Source of the DNA: Solirubrobacterales bacterium
GTDB taxonomy: Bacteria; Bacillota; Syntrophomonadia; Syntrophomonadales; DTU052
Assembly (NCBI GenBank): GCA_050258755.1
Contig: JBLMZI010000003.1
Coordinates: 77,131 to 141,130 of the forward strand
Length of the DNA stretch: 64,000 nucleotides
Direction of reading: 5' to 3'
The notes under the pieces are model-generated. The model ran no database searches, was not told the DNA's origin, and saw nothing but the letters and a program-made list of their open reading frames with translations. How positions within the stretch are numbered: position 1 is the stretch's first letter; every line of letters starts with the position of its first letter. Positions 49,116 to 59,372 of the stretch are shown here, piece after piece. The translations under genes and the position numbers were made by a program.

Positions 49116-50537
49116 GTGGTCTTTTCCAGTCTTGTCTTCTTATATTTGTTTTTGCCCATTTGTCTTGTACTGTACTATCTTCGCGACCAAATCGCCTACC
49201 GAAATACCGTACTGGTCATTGCCTCACTGATTTTCTATGCCTGGGGCGAACCGGTGTGGGTGATCCTGCTGATCTTTACCAGCCTGGTCGACTATTTCGG
49301 CGGCCTCCTGGTTGAACGCCACCGGGAAACCTGGCGGGGCAAGTTCTTTTTGACGCTAACCTTAATCCTGAATCTGGGAACCTTGTGTTTCTTCAAATAC
49401 ACCGGATTTCTGCTGCAGAACCTGAATCACTTCTTCTATGTCAACATTCCGTACAATGAATACGCGCTCCCGATCGGGATTTCATTCTATACCTTTCATA
49501 CAGTCTCATATGTTGTCGATGTCTACCGGGGCGAGGTGGCTCCCCAAAAGTCCTTCTTTAAGCTTCTGCTTTATGTGTCATGTTTTCACCAGCTGGTTGC
49601 CGGTCCGATTATTCGTTACAAGGATGTGGCGGACCAGATCGAGCACCGGGTGTTTGCCTGGTCGGTGTTCAGCAGCGGCGTAACCCGCTTTGCGGTCGGC
49701 TTGGTCAAGAAAGTGGCCATTGCTAATACGGCTGGTGAAGTGGCCGACGCCCTGTTAAAAAGCGATCTGGCCAGCATGTCGGTGGGCGGCGCCTGGCTTG
49801 GCATCATCTTTTTTGCGATCCAGATCTACTTCGACTTTTCCGGTTATTCGGACATGGCCCTGGGCCTTGGCAGGATGTTTGGCATCAGGTACAAAGAGAA
49901 TTTCAACTTTCCTTATATCTCACAGTCGGCAACTGAGTTCTGGCGGCGCTGGCACATCTCGCTCGGCACGTTTTTCCGCGATTATGTCTATATCCCATTG
50001 GGGGGTAACCGGAAGGCTATGTTCAGGAATTTGTTCATCGTCTGGTTCCTGACCGGATTGTGGCACGGCGCAAGCTGGAATTTCGTTACCTGGGGCCTGT
50101 TCTACGGGAGCCTCATTTCGATCGAAAAGCTTTTCCTGCTTGACTGGCTGCGCCGCCTGCCGGCCGCCTTCCGGCATTTTTACGGCATCGTCGTCTTTCT
50201 GGTCGGGTGGGTTATTTTCTACTACACGGACATGCATACCATTTCGGTGGTCCTCCAGACCATGTTCGGGCTGGCCGGAAAGCCCCTTGCTGACCCGAAA
50301 TTCATGATTTACCTCAATAATTACGCGTACTTCCTGGTCATTGCCGCGCTCTGCAGTACGCCGCTGCTGCCGAGAATCGACACATGGGTAGCCCGGCGGC
50401 GGCTTGAGCTCGGCAAGGTGCAATTTCACCCGTATACGCTGCTGGTTCGGCCGGCGATCAACTTTGGTTTTCTCGCGCTTTCGACCATTTTGGCGGTCGG
50501 GAAAACCTATAATCCGTTTTTGTATTTTCGCTTTTGA
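49116..50537 (+). CDS. MBOAT family O-acyltransferase (AlgI/PatA-like)
   Basis: VFSS..FL, LPIGISFYTF, DFSGYSDMA, FWRRWHISL, GLWHGA, NPFLYFRF. Confidence 0.95.
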   Translation: MVFSSLVFLYLFLPICLVLYYLRDQIAYRNTVLVIASLIFYAWGEPVWVILLIFTSLVDYFGGLLVERHRETWRGKFFLTLTLILNLGTLCFFKYTGFLLQNLNHFFYVNIPYNEYALPIGISFYTFHTVSYVVDVYRGEVAPQKSFFKLLLYVSCFHQLVAGPIIRYKDVADQIEHRVFAWSVFSSGVTRFAVGLVKKVAIANTAGEVADALLKSDLASMSVGGAWLGIIFFAIQIYFDFSGYSDMALGLGRMFGIRYKENFNFPYISQSATEFWRRWHISLGTFFRDYVYIPLGGNRKAMFRNLFIVWFLTGLWHGASWNFVTWGLFYGSLISIEKLFLLDWLRRLPAAFRHFYGIVVFLVGWVIFYYTDMHTISVVLQTMFGLAGKPLADPKFMIYLNNYAYFLVIAALCSTPLLPRIDTWVARRRLELGKVQFHPYTLLVRPAINFGFLALSTILAVGKTYNPFLYFRF

Positions 50538-50551
50538 GGGATGAGGGAACA

Positions 50552-51775
50552 ATGAAAGCAAAAGCCGTCAAGTTGAATTCAGGACTGTTTATCGGCATGA
50601 TCATTTTACTCACGCTGATGAACCTTATGAATCCGCAGCAAATCAAGGTTTCCCGGGTAGAAAACCGGATCCTGCAGCCTAAACCCGCTTTTAGCCTGGA
50701 AGCGTTGTTCAGCGGGCGGTACTTTATGGATTACCAGAATTACTTCGCGGACGCGTTTATTGGCCGCGAACAGCTGGTACGGATCAGCACCGCGGTCAAG
50801 CAGTTGACCGGGCCGGGGAAAATGAACGGCGTTACCCTGGTCAGCACCGGCGGCGGGGTGGTTCAAAACCAGGCCGGCGAAGCGAAGAACGCCCAAACGG
50901 GCGGCCGGGTGGAGAACAACATTCTGATTTTGGGTGACCGGGCCCTGGACGTGCATCACTTTTCGGAGCCGGCGGCTGCGGCTTATGCGGCTAATCTGAA
51001 CGATTTCAGCCAGCTGGCCGGGAGCGGCGTGCGTGTCTTCAGCCTGATCGCGCCAACCCAGATCGAATTTCACGAGGCGGGCGGGTATCAGGATCTGAGC
51101 AGTTCCCAGCTTAAAACCATACAGTTTATCAACCGCAAGCTGAATCCGGAAATCATTCCGGTCGACGCCTACAGCGCTTTGAAAGCGCACCGGAACGAAT
51201 ACGTTTATTTCCGGACCGACCATCACTGGACCGCGTTGGGTGCGTATTACGCATATTCGGCGTTTATCGAGCAAGCGGGGGAGAAGCCGGTCCCGCTGAG
51301 ACGGTACAAGCGCGGAAAAGCGGAAGGCTTTCTGGGCAGCCTGTACAAGCAGACCCTTAACGCGCAGTTGAAATCGCATCCGGATACGCTTATCTACTAC
51401 AAGCCTTTCACCAAATACCGGTTTGATGTTTATTACAAGGAAGGGCGGGTCCAGGGCCGGGTGATTCACGCCGGTTTCATCGGAACCGACCGTAAGTACG
51501 GGATATTCCTTGGCGGTGACCAGCCGTGGGCCCGGATCAGAACCAACAATCCGAACGGACGGCGCATTCTGGTTGTGAAGGACTCGTACGCCAATGCGTT
51601 CATCCCGTTTCTGCTGCCGCATTATCAGGAGATCTACATGGTCGACTCACGGTCGTTTAAAGGGAAGCTTACCGATATGGTTAAGACGAACCGAATTCAG
51701 GATGTTCTCTTTCTCAACTATGTGCTGGTGACCGAAAATCCCGGCTGGATAAACCAGATTCGCCAGTCATTCTAG
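50552..51775 (+). CDS. DHHW family O-acetyltransferase (second paralogue, membrane-anchored)
   Basis: N-terminal TM, ENRIL..P, FRTDHHWTALGAY, KDSY. Confidence 0.87.
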   Translation: MKAKAVKLNSGLFIGMIILLTLMNLMNPQQIKVSRVENRILQPKPAFSLEALFSGRYFMDYQNYFADAFIGREQLVRISTAVKQLTGPGKMNGVTLVSTGGGVVQNQAGEAKNAQTGGRVENNILILGDRALDVHHFSEPAAAAYAANLNDFSQLAGSGVRVFSLIAPTQIEFHEAGGYQDLSSSQLKTIQFINRKLNPEIIPVDAYSALKAHRNEYVYFRTDHHWTALGAYYAYSAFIEQAGEKPVPLRRYKRGKAEGFLGSLYKQTLNAQLKSHPDTLIYYKPFTKYRFDVYYKEGRVQGRVIHAGFIGTDRKYGIFLGGDQPWARIRTNNPNGRRILVVKDSYANAFIPFLLPHYQEIYMVDSRSFKGKLTDMVKTNRIQDVLFLNYVLVTENPGWINQIRQSF

Positions 51776-51823
51776 GATCAGGCCAAAGGAAGACATTCGG
51801 AAAAAAAGGGGGGCGTCCGAAAG

Positions 51824-53398
51824 ATGAAACGCATAGCGGCAGGCGCGGGTGTCCTCGCAGCTCTTATTCTGCTCGGTTATCTATTGTGGCCGATGATGAC
51901 GCTGATGAACAAGCCTAACCGGCATTTCTTTTACTATCAAGGCATGGTCATCGATGTCCCCGGCGGAATGACCGTGGATGAAAGCCTTGCCAACGCATTT
52001 GTCCGGTTCTCGAAGCCGGATTTGGATATCAAGATTTCCAAGGAACGGGTCCCGATATCAGAGTCCGATACCGGCGAATACGTCGAGCATTATCTGTACA
52101 AGTATTTGCTGGACCCTGAATACCGGTCGCTGAACCGGATCACGTTGGCCAGTCGGGAAAGAACTGAAATCGCCGGTTATCCGGCGCGGGTGTTCATTTA
52201 CCAGCGGGCCGCCGCTCCCGGCAGCAAGATCCGGCAGAACGAATACTATCACGCGATCATTCAAACCGGGATAAAAGAGTTTTACTGCGTATTCTGCCGG
52301 TCTGGCGATATCGATAGCCAGATTCCGGCGATTCAATCCCTGCTGGCTTCCTTTCAGCGGGTGCGGATACCTATAGTCGGCCGCCCCGGCGGTTCTGATT
52401 TCAAACCTGAACCGCCCGTATGGAATGACGAAACACAGGCCTTTTACAGCAAGATGAAACAATCCAGGCAGATCATGTGGGGGCTATTCTACCCGCATTC
52501 GATTACCCGGGACTATTCCCGTTTCGAGAAGATTGAAAAGGAACTGGACTACACCTTTCCGCTTACCCTGCACTACTTGTATCTGGGTGAGCCGTTTCCG
52601 ACCGAGGGCATGAACAATGCCTACCGGCACGGACAAACGGTCGAATTGACCATGCAGGTCATGTACAATGTGCAGCCCGGGAACACGGACCGGAGAAAGC
52701 ACAATGTGAATTTTGAGGTCATGGACGGGCAGTATGATCCGATTTTGCACCAGTTCGCCCGGGATTTAAAGGCGTTCGGACACCCGGTTATTTTTCGATT
52801 GAACAACGAAATGAATACGACCTGGACCCCTTTTTCAGGCATTGCGCTCATGTGCGACCCGGATCTGAACATTGCCGTCTGGCGGCATATCGCGGACATC
52901 TTTCGGGAGGAGGGTGTTCAGAACGCGATCTGGGTTTTCAATCCAAATGACCGAAACTACCCGCCGATGAACTGGAACCGTCATTTCGCGTATTATCCGG
53001 GGAATCGGTACGTACAGCTGGTAGGCCTGACCGGGTACAACACCGGGAATTATTATGAGAAAACCACGGGCGAAAAATGGCGCAGTTTTTCCGAAATCTA
53101 CGATACGATAAACCGGGAATACAGCCATTATTACACGGCGTTTCCCTGGATTATCACCGAGTTTGCCTCCAGTTCGGTTGGCGGGGACAAAGCGGAGTGG
53201 ATTCGGGACATGTTTGAGCATGTGAATGATTACCCCAACCTGAAAGCCGCGATCTGGTGGAGTTACACCGATTTCGACGTTCGGCCCGGCCGAGGGGAAA
53301 TTCCGGCCCGGCGTTACTGGCTGGATGAGAAGCCGGAGTATCTTAAAGCCTTCAAGGAAGGGCTTGACCGGCAGCGCGCTGAGGCGGGCGGTAAATAG
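51824..53398 (+). CDS. Glycoside hydrolase family 26 protein with N-terminal anchor and accessory domain
   Basis: FRLNNEMN (acid/base), WVFNPN, YYPG, ITEFAS (nucleophile). Confidence 0.85.
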   Translation: MKRIAAGAGVLAALILLGYLLWPMMTLMNKPNRHFFYYQGMVIDVPGGMTVDESLANAFVRFSKPDLDIKISKERVPISESDTGEYVEHYLYKYLLDPEYRSLNRITLASRERTEIAGYPARVFIYQRAAAPGSKIRQNEYYHAIIQTGIKEFYCVFCRSGDIDSQIPAIQSLLASFQRVRIPIVGRPGGSDFKPEPPVWNDETQAFYSKMKQSRQIMWGLFYPHSITRDYSRFEKIEKELDYTFPLTLHYLYLGEPFPTEGMNNAYRHGQTVELTMQVMYNVQPGNTDRRKHNVNFEVMDGQYDPILHQFARDLKAFGHPVIFRLNNEMNTTWTPFSGIALMCDPDLNIAVWRHIADIFREEGVQNAIWVFNPNDRNYPPMNWNRHFAYYPGNRYVQLVGLTGYNTGNYYEKTTGEKWRSFSEIYDTINREYSHYYTAFPWIITEFASSSVGGDKAEWIRDMFEHVNDYPNLKAAIWWSYTDFDVRPGRGEIPARRYWLDEKPEYLKAFKEGLDRQRAEAGGK

Positions 53399-53417
53399 GC
53401 TTTGTCATAAACGGTAC

Positions 53418-53466
53418 AAGCACCCCTTTTCGAACTGACTCCAGTTAAAAAGGGGTGTTTTCTTTT
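53418..53466 (+). terminator. Intrinsic terminator
   Basis: aagcacccctttt...aaaaggggtgttt-tctttt. Confidence 0.7.
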
Positions 53467-53700
53467 GCTGAAATTGAATTGGGAATGCCGGTGATCCGCT
53501 TCTGGCAATTCATGGTTTGTCCGGGAAAATGGGTGAAAAAGAACGTCAGAGGGCAGGTGGCGATGGCCAGAAATTACCACTAATGGCATGGTTTCGACGA
53601 TTCGACAATAGAACAAACGCCAGCCGTTTTTGTTCCTTCCGCAGGGGGTGAGTTTTTTGGAGGGTACGCATGCGCTTGATCGAAAGCAGGAGGACGATAA

Positions 53701-55299
53701 ATGAGAAAATATCGCAGTTTATTGGTCGCAGCACTCTTTGTGTCGTTGCTTGTCGGTGTTCAGGCGCCGCCGGGCATGGCCCTCAATTCGCCCGAATGGT
53801 ACGTTCAAAATTACCAGAATGCCTATCCCCAGTATTCTCAATACGAACTTCCGGCCGTCGAGGCATTTAAGGCCAGTTATGACGGCAGTCAGGCCCAGGC
53901 CATCGTCGGGCGGGCGATGTGGTACATGCAGCATGGCTATATGGTGTACGGGAACCTCGGATACAAGAATGGGACAATCGATTGTTCCAATTTCACATCG
54001 CTGGTTTACCGTGATTTCGGCTATGCTGTGACGACCTACGCGGCCCGCTATGGCACGGTCGGCACCAAAGTGCCGGGCGTTTATTCTCAACTGCAGCCGG
54101 GCAGCACCAGCAAGTATATGCTGGTCGGTGCCGAGAACCTGAAACCGGGGGACTTCTTTACGTTTTGGGATGTGAATTCGTCGGGCGTCCGATACATCTC
54201 GCATGTTGCGATGTATGCCGGGATGATTAACGGAAAGCCCTGGATTATCCAGACCATCTCCGGCCGCCCGACCGCGATTGGAATGACCTACAGTTTCACT
54301 TACTGGTACGGCCAGCATTTTGTTGAGGCCAGACGGATTCTGCCGGATTCGGCTTACACGCCGGGAACCCAGATCACGCTTCCGAAACCGGTGATTCCGG
54401 CCAGCCATATCCTGCCGCCGCAGAATCCGGTGATCATGCCGGACCAATTGGTGAACGGTTTCGGCACCGAGCCCAAGCCGGTTGTTCCGGTGCCAACGCC
54501 TGATCCGGGAACCACAACCGATCCTGGGACCACAACCGATCCGGGAACCGTGACTGATCCTGGGACCACGACCGACCCGGGAACCGTGATCGATCCTGGA
54601 ACGACGACTGACCCGGGAACCACGAATCCCTATGTGAAGGCCTATCAGGAGGCGTATCCGGCATACCAGGCCTATGAGCTGCCGGCGGTCGCAGCGCTGC
54701 GGTCCAGCTATGAAGCCAGCCAGGCGCAGGCGGTTGTCGGGCGGGCTTTGTGGTACATGCAGCATGGATACATGGTGGCCGGAGTCGGTTCGTACGGAAC
54801 CAGCGGCGTGATGTACAATGCCAATTTCCCGTATCTGGTATTCCGGGATTTCGGCTATACGCTGACACCTTATCTGAATAAGTATCAGACCCTGGGCACC
54901 AAAGTGGACGGGGTGGGTTCGGCCAACCAGCCGGGCAGCACGACCAAATACATGCTGACCGGAACCGAGCGGCTGAGGCCGGGAGACCTGATGCTGTTCT
55001 GGGATCTCAATTCATCAGGGCAAAGGTATGTAACTCAGGTGGCGATTTTCGCCGGGATGATTAACGGGTCGCCCTGGGTGGTTAGTACCCTCAAAGGCCG
55101 CCCGACCGCGGTTGGAATGGTTGGGAGCTGGAACTACTGGTACGGGCAGCACTTCCTGGAGGCCAGACGGCTTCTGCCGGAATCGGCCTATACGCCGGGG
55201 ACCCAGACCACCCTGCCCAATCCGGTGATCCCGACGAGCTATCCGCTGCCGCCGCAGAATCCAGTCATCATGCCTTCTGCGCTGGCGGCCGGATTCTAG
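53701..55299 (+). CDS. Secreted tandem NlpC/P60-like protein
   Basis: Signal peptide; two homologous halves; DCSNF..LKPGD..HVAMY in the first half. Confidence 0.85.
   Translation: MRKYRSLLVAALFVSLLVGVQAPPGMALNSPEWYVQNYQNAYPQYSQYELPAVEAFKASYDGSQAQAIVGRAMWYMQHGYMVYGNLGYKNGTIDCSNFTSLVYRDFGYAVTTYAARYGTVGTKVPGVYSQLQPGSTSKYMLVGAENLKPGDFFTFWDVNSSGVRYISHVAMYAGMINGKPWIIQTISGRPTAIGMTYSFTYWYGQHFVEARRILPDSAYTPGTQITLPKPVIPASHILPPQNPVIMPDQLVNGFGTEPKPVVPVPTPDPGTTTDPGTTTDPGTVTDPGTTTDPGTVIDPGTTTDPGTTNPYVKAYQEAYPAYQAYELPAVAALRSSYEASQAQAVVGRALWYMQHGYMVAGVGSYGTSGVMYNANFPYLVFRDFGYTLTPYLNKYQTLGTKVDGVGSANQPGSTTKYMLTGTERLRPGDLMLFWDLNSSGQRYVTQVAIFAGMINGSPWVVSTLKGRPTAVGMVGSWNYWYGQHFLEARRLLPESAYTPGTQTTLPNPVIPTSYPLPPQNPVIMPSALAAGF
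54502..54624 (+). repeat. 18-bp in-frame tandem repeat (7 x DPGTxx)
   Basis: gatccgggaaccacaacc-like units encoding a DPGTTT/DPGTVT/DPGTVI linker. Confidence 0.9.
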
Positions 55300-55341
55300 A
55301 CGCACAGTTCGCGATCAGGGAGATCTTGCGGGACCACAAGG

Positions 55342-55377
55342 AAAAGGCGGGCGCTTTAACGGCGCCCGCCTTGCTTT
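55342..55377. terminator. Bidirectional terminator
   Basis: aaaaggcgggcgc...gcgcccgccttgcttt. Confidence 0.7.
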
Positions 55378-55396
55378 GTTACCGGGTCAGGAGATT

Positions 55397-56410
55397 CTAC
55401 ATAAAAAGCGAGTCGATGTCGCAGCTGCTTTTTACGCCGATTGTCTGATAATTGGCTTCAATCCAGGCGTCGGCTTGCGCGCGGCCGGCGTCCCGCAAAA
55501 AGGTAAGCCAATCCCAGCTCACATTCATCTTGCTGGAACTGTTAAACGGGTTTAACATATCGCCCGGGCTGATGTAATGAATGTTGGTCCGGACCAGGCT
55601 GCCGTTGTCGTCAAACCCTTTATCGATGATCTGGCTGACAAAGTTGATGGCCCGCATTTCCCGCATCAGGCTGGAGTTGAAGCTGATGTCGGTGGCCCGG
55701 TTCACAATATCGGCGATCCTGGTCGGGGCGATGGTCCAGTTAATACTGTCCACCTGAATCAGCATCAGGTCCTTGCAATGGGTGTTCTGGAACAGTGGAA
55801 ACATGGCCGGATTGCCAATATATCCTCCATCCCAGTAGAGCTCGCCCCCAATCTCGACCGCCTGGAAAAACTGCGGCAGGCATGCCGAAGCACAGACCGA
55901 ATCGGCCGAAACTTCAGGGTTATCGAAGATTTTCACCTTACTGGTTCGGATGTTGGTGGCCGTTAAAAAAATCTTATGGGCCTGATCGTTTTGTATCGCA
56001 TCAAAATCGATCACATTCAATAAAAGATCCCTTAGGGGATTCAGATGGTTCGGATTCCATTCGTACGGGGAACAGGACATGGTCATCAGGGTAAAAGCCT
56101 TGAAAAAAGGGTTGTGATCGATGTTCCCCTTGCTGAACATCTTGTCGATGTAGGAAGGCTGGATGAGCGAGAGCCGCTGCGAGTCCGAGTTTTTCTTCCA
56201 GAATTCGGACAGCACGGCACGTGCACCCTCGTTCCCGCCTTTAATCAAACCATAGGTCAGGCAGGCCGCATTGACGGCCCCGGCGCTGGTTCCAGAAACA
56301 CCGATGATTTGAAGGTCCTTCTGTTCAAGCAGGCGGTCCAATACGCCCCAGGTGAAGGCGCCGTGGGAACCACCGCCTTGCAAAGCAAGATTCAGCTGCT
56401 TATTTGCCAT
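55397..56410 (-). CDS. Patatin-like phospholipase/esterase
   Basis: LQGGGSHGAF, GTSAG, ASACLP, YWDGG. Confidence 0.92.
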   Translation of the reverse strand: MANKQLNLALQGGGSHGAFTWGVLDRLLEQKDLQIIGVSGTSAGAVNAACLTYGLIKGGNEGARAVLSEFWKKNSDSQRLSLIQPSYIDKMFSKGNIDHNPFFKAFTLMTMSCSPYEWNPNHLNPLRDLLLNVIDFDAIQNDQAHKIFLTATNIRTSKVKIFDNPEVSADSVCASACLPQFFQAVEIGGELYWDGGYIGNPAMFPLFQNTHCKDLMLIQVDSINWTIAPTRIADIVNRATDISFNSSLMREMRAINFVSQIIDKGFDDNGSLVRTNIHYISPGDMLNPFNSSSKMNVSWDWLTFLRDAGRAQADAWIEANYQTIGVKSSCDIDSLFM

Positions 56411-56422
56411 TGATAGCGCCTC

Positions 56423-59179
56423 CTATTTTTCGTGGAACACCATGGCACCGTCCCACTCGCCCGAGCCTGATTCCGCCTGAAGGCTGCGGCAGGCATCAAG
56501 ATACAGTACCGCTGCCAGATCGTTGGGGTTGATGGCAAGCACGCGCTCGAAAGACTGAATCGCGCTGTCGAAGCAGCCGTCGATATATTGGCTGACGCCC
56601 TGGGTAAAATCAGAAGCGGTTCGGCTCTTTGCATCGGACAGCGAATCAAAATCGGTATACAGCTCATAAATGCCAACCGGTTTTTGTTTTCCTTTTACCC
56701 GCACCCGGCCCAGGAATCGATGGGCGGCTTCATCAAAGCCGGGGGCCTGTTCGAGGGTGGTTTCGCTGATGAGAATCCCGACACCGTACATTTTGGTCAA
56801 CCCCTCAAGCCGGGAGGCCAGGTTGACCGCGTCAGCGATCACGGTCCCGTCAATGCGCTCCGATTCGCCGACCACGCCCAGCATCAGGCTGCCAGTATGG
56901 ATGCCGATGCCGATGTTGATTGCCTTTTCCCCGGCTCGGCCGCGCTGCTTGTTAAACCGTTTCAAGGTTTCGCGCATCTCGATCGCCGCGTACAGCGCGT
57001 CACTGGGTTTGCCCGGGAACAAAGCCATGATGGCGTCTCCGATATACTTGTCGATGAAACCGCCATTCTTGCGAATGATGGGCCCCATCATGCTCAGATA
57101 TGAGTTGATGAACCGGAAGTTCTCTTCCGGTGACATGCCTTCCGAGAGATCGGTGAAAGAACGGATATCGGAAAACAGCACTGTCATTTCCTGACTGATT
57201 CCATCCCCGATGTCAACTTCGGTGACACTGCTTTTGCCCAAGAAGGTCAGAAATTGTTCGGGCACAAAGCGGTAATAGGATTGGCTGAGAACCGTTATGT
57301 CGTTGATATAGTTCTTGATGTATTGAGCCATGACGTTAAACCGCTCGCCAAGCTCCGCGATTTCGTCACGGGTCTCTATGTGTACTTTGGTGTCCCAGTT
57401 GCCGGCTGCAATTTCATTCACGCTGATCTGCAGGGTCCGGACGGACTTCAGGAGGAAGTAGGTCATCACAAAGAAAGCGGCCATGACAACGATAGTGATG
57501 AATAGGATCCCCCAGCCAAGGTATTGAATCAGCATCCGGCGGCTTTCCTGTTCAAAGCTGGTCCAGTCCACGCCGGTCTCATAAATGCCGATGATGTTTT
57601 GCTGTTTGTCAAACAGCGGCCCCATAGCGAACATCCAGGAACCGTTTTCGTCCGAAGAGACCTGAGTAATGATCTGACGTTCCTCCAATACCCGGTTGAA
57701 TTCGTTCTGAATATCGATTGGCCGGTACATGTTCACACTGTTGTCATAATCAACAATCGCGTAAAGCTTGCCGTTTTCCAGTTTGTAGATCGCGCTGTAC
57801 ATGCCGTTGTTGGCAAGGGTTCCGGCATACGAAGAACCCAGGGTTCCCCGATTCATCTGGTCTTCAATGGTAACCCTGCGCAGTGCGGTGTAATCCGCAT
57901 TCATGTAATCCCGAGGGCTGTTGATTCGCTCCAGATTGCCGGTATCAAGCAGGTTTTGCCCGATACGGGTTAAAACGATCAGTTTATCAAAAACCTCGGA
58001 CTGCTGTTTGCCAGAAAAGCCCAGATACAGGTAGACCATTAAACAGGCCATACAGACAACCATCAGCGGGACAAATACCGCAATCTGCTTGGTCCTGAGC
58101 GATACCTGCATCTGGGTCACACTGCGCACGAACTGCCAGAGGCCGAAGATCAGGGCGAGCAACAGCGTGATCCCGACAAGCCAGATCATCGCGCGGGCCG
58201 CAATAATGCCTGCGCTATAGCGGGCACTATCAAAAACAAGATTGTCCTCGCCGTTCCGGCCGATCCGGATCACCCGGCTGCTCAGCGCGGCAACCATCGT
58301 CCCGTTCGACAGCACGGAGATATCTTTAATCATGGATTGGGCACTGATGGATTCAGCTTTTAGGGTTCGGTTCGCCAGATCGAGCCGCTTGATTTCGTTC
58401 ACAAAAGTGTCGATGAAACAGACTTCCTTGCCGTCCCATGTGACCCGGAGCCGGGCCGGGAAAGTTTTTAGGCTGTCCGCTTCGACCGGCGGGAAAATCA
58501 GCTCGGTCTGATTGGCTCCGGCAAAATGATAGATTTCACCGCGCTGGGTGCTGAAATAAACGGCCTTGGCTTCAGTCCCGGCGATTTCAGCCATATAAGC
58601 ATTGGCAGGCAGGGTGCCAACCAACTGGGCAGATGGTTTTTGCTGATCGGGATTCAGGGTTTTCAGCCAGATTTGATTTTCCATCAGATGAAGGAAGCAA
58701 ATGGCGCTTCCCCGCGTCTGAAGGGCCTTGATCTTACCGACTCGGAGCGGGCGGTCCGCTTCAACGTATTCGGTATAGTAGACCTGACGGTCAAATTTGC
58801 CGGCATGGCTGAACCGGAAAATGCTTTCGGAATTGACATACATTCCGGTTTCATCAGGATTGGTGATCAAAACATACAGGTTTCCCTCAGGATCCACGGT
58901 AAAATCCTGAATGAGCGAATTGGCTGTCTCGGCAAAGTCCCGGACCAGGATTTTATAGCGGAAACCGCCGCGGGAATCAAAGCTTGCGATGGTGGAGCGT
59001 GAGTCGGTGATGACGTAATAATTCTCCGCAGCGTCGCAGACCACCCGCGATACATTTTTCAGCGGATAGACGGTTTGGAAAGGGGAGTGATCGAGCAGCG
59101 CCCGGTTCGCGTAAACGAGCCACAGCGCTCCGATAACAAGGATGACGGCTAGTATCGGCTTTTTGAATCGATTGATCAT
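56423..59179 (-). CDS. Membrane class III adenylate/guanylate cyclase (beta-propeller, sensor, HAMP, cyclase, TPR)
   Basis: FSDIRSFT, DKYIGDA, GIGIHTG, VNLASRLE, VKGK; HAMP DEIAEL; several TMs. Confidence 0.92.
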   Translation of the reverse strand: MINRFKKPILAVILVIGALWLVYANRALLDHSPFQTVYPLKNVSRVVCDAAENYYVITDSRSTIASFDSRGGFRYKILVRDFAETANSLIQDFTVDPEGNLYVLITNPDETGMYVNSESIFRFSHAGKFDRQVYYTEYVEADRPLRVGKIKALQTRGSAICFLHLMENQIWLKTLNPDQQKPSAQLVGTLPANAYMAEIAGTEAKAVYFSTQRGEIYHFAGANQTELIFPPVEADSLKTFPARLRVTWDGKEVCFIDTFVNEIKRLDLANRTLKAESISAQSMIKDISVLSNGTMVAALSSRVIRIGRNGEDNLVFDSARYSAGIIAARAMIWLVGITLLLALIFGLWQFVRSVTQMQVSLRTKQIAVFVPLMVVCMACLMVYLYLGFSGKQQSEVFDKLIVLTRIGQNLLDTGNLERINSPRDYMNADYTALRRVTIEDQMNRGTLGSSYAGTLANNGMYSAIYKLENGKLYAIVDYDNSVNMYRPIDIQNEFNRVLEERQIITQVSSDENGSWMFAMGPLFDKQQNIIGIYETGVDWTSFEQESRRMLIQYLGWGILFITIVVMAAFFVMTYFLLKSVRTLQISVNEIAAGNWDTKVHIETRDEIAELGERFNVMAQYIKNYINDITVLSQSYYRFVPEQFLTFLGKSSVTEVDIGDGISQEMTVLFSDIRSFTDLSEGMSPEENFRFINSYLSMMGPIIRKNGGFIDKYIGDAIMALFPGKPSDALYAAIEMRETLKRFNKQRGRAGEKAINIGIGIHTGSLMLGVVGESERIDGTVIADAVNLASRLEGLTKMYGVGILISETTLEQAPGFDEAAHRFLGRVRVKGKQKPVGIYELYTDFDSLSDAKSRTASDFTQGVSQYIDGCFDSAIQSFERVLAINPNDLAAVLYLDACRSLQAESGSGEWDGAMVFHEK

Positions 59180-59330
59180 GCTTTGCTCCTTCCCGTGATC
59201 CGCTGGTGAAACGACAAATACCTCCAAAAAACAGTTCAATATGCAAAGCTGAAAATCCTTTTAATCCGCGGTTGCTTCCAAATCGGGCATTGCACGAAAT
59301 GACGTATTTCCCGCTAACTTGAGCACACAC

Positions 59331-59358
59331 AAAAAAGCCGGGGTTTCCCCCGGCTTTT
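59331..59358 (-). terminator. Intrinsic terminator
   Basis: aaaaaagccgggg-ttt-cccccggctttt. Confidence 0.8.
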
Positions 59359-59372
59359 GAACAATAAGGAAG

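Noticed and set aside
53470-53700. c-di-AMP or c-di-GMP riboswitch in the long leader of the NlpC/P60 gene
   Set aside because: No recognisable ydaO or GEMM consensus elements by eye; an Rfam scan would settle it.
54502-54624. Tandem repeat as a CRISPR array
   Set aside because: In-frame 18-bp coding units with synonymous variation, no spacers and no cas genes.
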